Part shown: one piece after another, positions 5,666-10,213 of the stretch
Position numbering within the stretch: position 1 is the first letter of the stretch
How the letters are laid out: each line of letters begins with the position of its first letter
Source: a virus
Lineage: Duplodnaviria; Heunggongvirae; Uroviricota; Caudoviricetes
Direction: 5' to 3' (one strand)
Virus record (IMG/VR): IMGVR_UViG_2700988907_000001
Length of the DNA: 10,213 nucleotides
Program-made: the position numbers and the translations under genes
Notes under the pieces: model-generated
Database searches by the model: none
The model's input: only the letters and a program-made list of their open reading frames with translations
Told to the model about the DNA's origin: nothing

Positions 5666-6421
5666 ATGTACGGTTATATATACAAAACAACAAATTTATT
5701 AAATAAGAAAATATATATAGGACAAAGAAAGTCAAAAGAATTTATTAAGAGTTATTATGGAAGTGGCACTTTAATTAAAAAAGCTATATCTAAATATGGT
5801 AAAGAAAATTTTTCAGTAGAATTAATAGATTTTGCTATGTCGGCAGATGAGTTAGATGAAAAAGAGATATGGTATATAAAAGAGCTTAAATCAAAACATA
5901 CATATGGTAATTATAACTTAGCCGATGGTGGTTTTTTAGCTAGATATGATTTTAATAATCAACCAGAATGGAAGAAAGAAGAAACAAGACAGAAACTTTC
6001 TTTAGTAAATAAAGGTAGAAAAAGAACAGAAGAAACGAAAAAACGAATTTCAGATGTTCAAAAAGGAAGAAAACAAAGTGAAGAAACGAGAATAAAGAAA
6101 TCTATTTCTACAAAAGAAAGTTTAAAAAATAACAAAGAGCGTTTACAAAAACACACTGATACATTAAATAAACATAGATACAATAAAAGTCAAATAGTAG
6201 ATGTTTATAATGGTGTGAATTTAATTTATTCTTTTAAATCTTACAAAGAGTGTTGGAATTATTTTAGTAAACTTGGATTAGGAAGAAAACCTTTAACTAA
6301 AAACTTATTAGAAGGTCAACCTATTTGCCCTAGCGAAAGACCTGGTAATATGAGCCGTAAAGTATATAACGCTAGAGTAAGATTTAAAGATTATAAGTTT
6401 ATATATAGAGAAAGAGGGTAA
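5666..6421 (+). CDS. Free-standing GIY-YIG homing endonuclease with NUMOD3 repeats; likely start ATG 5666
   Basis: MYGYIYKTTNLLNKKIYIGQ, YYGSG, catalytic-type E (ELDEKEIWYI) and YN; NUMOD3-like KRTEETKKRIS and KQSEETRIKKS. RBS AAAGGAG at 5651-5657 supports 5666 over 5636. Confidence 0.9.
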   Translation: MYGYIYKTTNLLNKKIYIGQRKSKEFIKSYYGSGTLIKKAISKYGKENFSVELIDFAMSADELDEKEIWYIKELKSKHTYGNYNLADGGFLARYDFNNQPEWKKEETRQKLSLVNKGRKRTEETKKRISDVQKGRKQSEETRIKKSISTKESLKNNKERLQKHTDTLNKHRYNKSQIVDVYNGVNLIYSFKSYKECWNYFSKLGLGRKPLTKNLLEGQPICPSERPGNMSRKVYNARVRFKDYKFIYRERG

Positions 6422-6425
6422 TGAT

Positions 6426-8135
6426 TTGATTGATGAAAAAATAGTTAATCATCCTTCTTATCAATACGCCTTATCTGTTGTGAATGAAGATGTTATATCT
6501 GGAAGATATATAAAAAAAGAATGTTCTAAGTTTTTACATGAATTAGAAAATGACGAAAGTAGATATTTCTTTGATGTAGATATGTTAGAAACATTAGATA
6601 GTTTAACTAAATTGATAAATATGGCAGATGGCATGAAAGAAGGAGTAAGTGCCTATGAAGCACTAGGTGGTTTTCAGTGGTATTTTTTAGCAAATGTATT
6701 GTGTTGGAAATACAAAGAAAACCCTAAAAGACGTAAATATGAAAAGAGCTTATTGCTTATTGGAAGAAAAAACGGTAAAACTTTTCTTACTGGTTTGATA
6801 TTCTTAATATTTATGATGATTGAACCAGAATATTCTAAATTCTTCAGTGTATCTGCTACTAAAGATTTGTCTAGTTTGATTAAAGAGCAAATGGAGATGT
6901 TATTAGACAAATCTCCTGTGTTATCAAATCATTTTAAATGGTTACGTTCAGAAGTTAGATTCACAGCTAAGAAATCTTCTATGAAACCTTTAGCTTATTC
7001 TTTAGATAAGTTAGACGGACGTAAAGCAGCGGTATGGTTGTCTGATGAAACGGGAGCTTTACCTTCACGTTATCCAATAGATTCAATGCGGTCAAGCCAA
7101 ATGAACCAATTAAACAAAACTGGTATTATAATATCTACTGCATATCAAACAACAGACAATCCAATGACAGAAGAAGTGGATTATGCTGAAAAAGTTATGG
7201 ATGGTATTATTCAGGACGACAAAACTTTTGCTTTGTTGTACAAACCAGATAATCCTAAGGAATGGATGTCAGAAGAAGCTCTATATCAAGCTAATCCTAT
7301 CTTATATGATGTCCCAGAAAACTATGAGATGTTAGACGATGAAAGAACGATGGCAACAGAAATGCCGTCTAAAAAGTCTAACTTTTTAACTAAACATTTA
7401 AACATATTTATTGACGGAGATATTGAAGAATCATTTGTTACTATAGACGATTTAAGACAAGGTAAAATAGCAGAAGAAGATTTTGATTGGGACGGTAGAG
7501 AAGTTTATTTAGGTATCGACTTAGCAGAAACTGTCGATAATACTGCTGTTTCAATGGTTTATTATGATAATGATGAAGATAAATTTTATACAAAATGTTG
7601 GTCATTTATTCCACAAGAGAAAGCGACAGAAAAATCAAAAAGAGAACGTATTAATTATTTCTTAATGCGTGACAAAGGTTGGGCTTTTTTATGTGGAGAT
7701 AGAGTAATAAGTCAACGTTTTGTTGAAGATTACGTATTAGGAATAGAAAAGAAATATAATGTTATAGTAAAAGGTATCGGATATGATAGACGTAATGCAA
7801 TATCATCTGTAAACAGATTTATAGATGAAGGAGATTACGAGTGTGTAGAAGTAAGACAAAATAGTTCGTCACTTGGTCCAACATTTAAAATGATGAGAGA
7901 TTATATTATAGATGGCAATTTCCTTTACCAAGAAAATGAACTTTTAGAAAATAACTATAAAAACGCACGAATAACATACGATACTACAATGAATATATAT
8001 GTCAATAAAAAGAAAAGTGCTGGTAAAATTGACGGTGTTTATGCCACAGCAGATGCAATGTATCTATGGAAACAAGACATAGATGACGGATTATTGACAA
8101 GTAGTTTTGAAGATAGAGGATTATTTATTTTGTAA
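6426..8135 (+). CDS. terL: Phage terminase large subunit
   Basis: Walker A IGRKNGKT, Walker B WLSDE, nuclease GIDLAETVD and GKIDG. The N-terminus looks intact. TTG start just after the GIY-YIG stop; lies upstream of the portal gene. Confidence 0.95.
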   Translation: MIDEKIVNHPSYQYALSVVNEDVISGRYIKKECSKFLHELENDESRYFFDVDMLETLDSLTKLINMADGMKEGVSAYEALGGFQWYFLANVLCWKYKENPKRRKYEKSLLLIGRKNGKTFLTGLIFLIFMMIEPEYSKFFSVSATKDLSSLIKEQMEMLLDKSPVLSNHFKWLRSEVRFTAKKSSMKPLAYSLDKLDGRKAAVWLSDETGALPSRYPIDSMRSSQMNQLNKTGIIISTAYQTTDNPMTEEVDYAEKVMDGIIQDDKTFALLYKPDNPKEWMSEEALYQANPILYDVPENYEMLDDERTMATEMPSKKSNFLTKHLNIFIDGDIEESFVTIDDLRQGKIAEEDFDWDGREVYLGIDLAETVDNTAVSMVYYDNDEDKFYTKCWSFIPQEKATEKSKRERINYFLMRDKGWAFLCGDRVISQRFVEDYVLGIEKKYNVIVKGIGYDRRNAISSVNRFIDEGDYECVEVRQNSSSLGPTFKMMRDYIIDGNFLYQENELLENNYKNARITYDTTMNIYVNKKKSAGKIDGVYATADAMYLWKQDIDDGLLTSSFEDRGLFIL

Positions 8136-8148
8136 AGGAGGTACGTAA

Positions 8149-9624
8149 ATGGGATTGATTGATGATTTAATGAAGCAATTTTCAAATAATCAAAATAATC
8201 AAAACAAACAACAATTAAATAATATGTATGGTAATGTAAATTCAGCTATTGTTGGTACTTCCTCTGGTGGTTCCTCAAATTTTACAGAAGAAGAAGCACT
8301 TTCAATATCCTCTGTAGCAGCAGCAACTGATTTAATAACATCCACTATTGCTAGATTACCAATAAGGTTGTATAAAAAAGGCTCTAAAGGAGAATATGTA
8401 TCATTAGACGATGATAAAAGAGTTTTTTTATTGAATAAAGAACCTAATACAACATTAACTGCTATTACATTAAAGAAACGCATTATATTAGATTATCTTT
8501 TTCATGGAAACTCATATATATATCCAGAATGGAACAGAAATGAGTTAATGGGATTGCATCATATACCAGCTAAAAACGTTTTTGTTGAAAAATACGTAGA
8601 TGAAAACATACCTTTTGCAGTTAAAGGTCAATTTGAAGTTTTAGGAGCAGATGCTCAAAAAATAACTTTATTGCCCGATGAATTAATGATTGTGTTAAAA
8701 AATTCTGAGAATGGATTAGATTCGAAGGGTATATTAGACCTTAATTCAGAGTTGTTACAACTTGCATTAAACCAACAACAATATAGTTCTTCTATATTGG
8801 AGAATGGTGCATTGCCTTTGGCTGTTTTAACTACTCCATCTAGGGTTACAGATAAAGCAATGGCAAGAATTAAACAAAGTTGGGAGACTATCTATAAAGG
8901 TGGAAAAAATGCTGGTAAAACGGTTATTTTAGAAGATGGTATGGATTACAAACCGGTATCTCTCAACCCTAATGAATTAGATTTAAGTACAAGTAAAGAA
9001 GCTGTATTATCAGATATTGCAAGAGTTTTTGGTATTCCAGAGTCAATGCTTAATGCAGATGCAAATAAATATAATTCTAATGAACAAAACAACTTGCATT
9101 TCTTACAGTATACATTAGACCCGATTATTACAGCTCTTGAGAGTGCGTTAAATAAATCTTTATTGTTAGAATCTGAAAAAGACAAAGGTTACAGTTTCCA
9201 AGTTGACAGAGATTCAATATTGGCAACTACAGAAGCAGAGAAATTTGCTACTACTATTCAAGCAATGAAAGGCGGATTAATCTCTGTGAATGAAGCAAGA
9301 GCTAGACATAACCTTAAACAAATAACTGATGACTACATGATGTGGGGTCTAGGAAACATTTTCTACAATAAAGAAGACAGTAAAATGACTATTCCAAATA
9401 TGGGTGCTATTATTGACCCTAATGACCCAGAAAGTGTAGCAAAAGCTATGAATAAAGATTCTGAACAAGCTAGTAATGATTTAAAAGATAAACAAAAAGA
9501 ACAAGAAAAAGAGAATACTGATAAAGATGACAACGAAGAAAAGACTGATGATGAGATGAATGAAGATAAAGAAGACAAAGATAAAAAATCTAACAAGGAT
9601 AAGGATATAAAAGAAGACAAATAA
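8149..9624 (+). CDS. Phage portal protein, HK97 family
   Basis: IARLPIRLYK, LNKEPN, GNSY, GKTVILEDGMDYKP, IARVFGIP, YTLDP, SVNEAR. RBS AAGGAGGT. Charged C-terminal tail. Confidence 0.95.
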   Translation: MGLIDDLMKQFSNNQNNQNKQQLNNMYGNVNSAIVGTSSGGSSNFTEEEALSISSVAAATDLITSTIARLPIRLYKKGSKGEYVSLDDDKRVFLLNKEPNTTLTAITLKKRIILDYLFHGNSYIYPEWNRNELMGLHHIPAKNVFVEKYVDENIPFAVKGQFEVLGADAQKITLLPDELMIVLKNSENGLDSKGILDLNSELLQLALNQQQYSSSILENGALPLAVLTTPSRVTDKAMARIKQSWETIYKGGKNAGKTVILEDGMDYKPVSLNPNELDLSTSKEAVLSDIARVFGIPESMLNADANKYNSNEQNNLHFLQYTLDPIITALESALNKSLLLESEKDKGYSFQVDRDSILATTEAEKFATTIQAMKGGLISVNEARARHNLKQITDDYMMWGLGNIFYNKEDSKMTIPNMGAIIDPNDPESVAKAMNKDSEQASNDLKDKQKEQEKENTDKDDNEEKTDDEMNEDKEDKDKKSNKDKDIKEDK

Positions 9625-9649
9625 CTTTTATATAAGAGAGGTTAGATAA

Positions 9650-10213
9650 ATGGCTAAAGTGGAATTTAGAATGCACGATGCCAAAATGACTAGCGAAGGA
9701 GACATGATTGTTGCTGGTTATGTAAACCAAACAGAACAATTTAGTCAAGAGCTAGGACTGGCAAAACGCTTTAAAGAAAAAATTTCAAAAGGTGCATTCC
9801 AACGTGCCATTTCAAAATCAGATAGAGATATTGATTTCTTAGCAGAACATGATAGCTCAGTTGTTTTAGCTTCTACTAAAAACGGAACTTTAGACTTAAA
9901 AGAAGACGATAAAGGTCTTTATATGGAAGCAAGAGTTATTAATACTTCTGCTGGTCGAGATTGGTATGAAATGATTAGTTCTGGACTAATTACTAACATG
10001 TCATTCGGGTTCCAATCTATCAATGATGAGTGGCGTTCAGTTGGAGAGAACCTTTTCGAGAGAACGATTAATGATTTAGAATTATTTGAAGTATCAGCTG
10101 TTAGAAATCCAGCTTATGCTCAATCAAGTATCTCAAATCGTGGACTTGACACTTCTGACGAAGATATAGTCCCAGAAGACATTGAGGAGGAAAATGTAAT
10201 GGAACAACGTACA
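9650..10213 (+). CDS. HK97-family prohead protease, 3'-partial; frame open to window end (not in ORF track)
   Basis: Manual translation MAKVEFRM...IVAGY...FKEKISKGAF...FLAEHD...EDDKGL...NMSFGF...LFEVSAVRNPAYAQS, with catalytic-type H (AEHD) and S (MSFGF). RBS GAGAGG at 9636-9641. Confidence 0.9.
   Translation, partial: MAKVEFRMHDAKMTSEGDMIVAGYVNQTEQFSQELGLAKRFKEKISKGAFQRAISKSDRDIDFLAEHDSSVVLASTKNGTLDLKEDDKGLYMEARVINTSAGRDWYEMISSGLITNMSFGFQSINDEWRSVGENLFERTINDLELFEVSAVRNPAYAQSSISNRGLDTSDEDIVPEDIEEENVMEQRT

Noticed and set aside
5165-6421. Group I intron carrying the GIY-YIG gene
   Set aside because: CTGAGACTG (5328-5336) resembles an R element, but I found no matching downstream S element or P/Q in order. 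terL has an intact N-terminus after the endonuclease and no interrupted exon is evident. A covariance search should still confirm this.
304-9620. All minus-strand ORFs in the track (304-501, 1566-1823, 2190-2555, 3369-3575, 4004-4219, 6674-6910, 8199-8483, 8946-9185, 9363-9620)
   Set aside because: They lie wholly antisense to well-supported genes, have S/L/F/I-rich shadow composition and show no recognisable motifs.

Overview
Low-GC tailed-phage (or prophage) packaging and head module, all on the + strand; AAGGAGG-type RBSs suggest a Bacillota host. Gene order: 41-aa Zn-ribbon mini-ORF missed by the ORF track, packaging-type HNH nuclease, P27-type terminase small subunit, a ~5.3-kb accessory block, terminase large subunit, HK97-type portal, and an HK97-type prohead protease running off the window end. 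The accessory block is RNA-rich. It holds a TROVE/Ro60-related vWA protein (DUF2828-like) followed immediately by three ~75-nt structured units, each with a covarying 7-bp closing stem and an invariant TACAGCAA. It continues with a NUMOD4-HNH endonuclease, a calcineurin-like metallophosphoesterase, a putative antisense element matching that gene's start, tRNA-Pro(UGG), a ~440-nt highly paired non-coding region (GOLLD/ROOL-type candidate) ending in a tRNA-like D/T-arm module, and a free-standing GIY-YIG endonuclease. The strongest candidate for an undescribed system is the TROVE-like protein with its TACAGCAA RNA array. All calls come from motif reading and manual base-pairing; no searches or folding programs were run.
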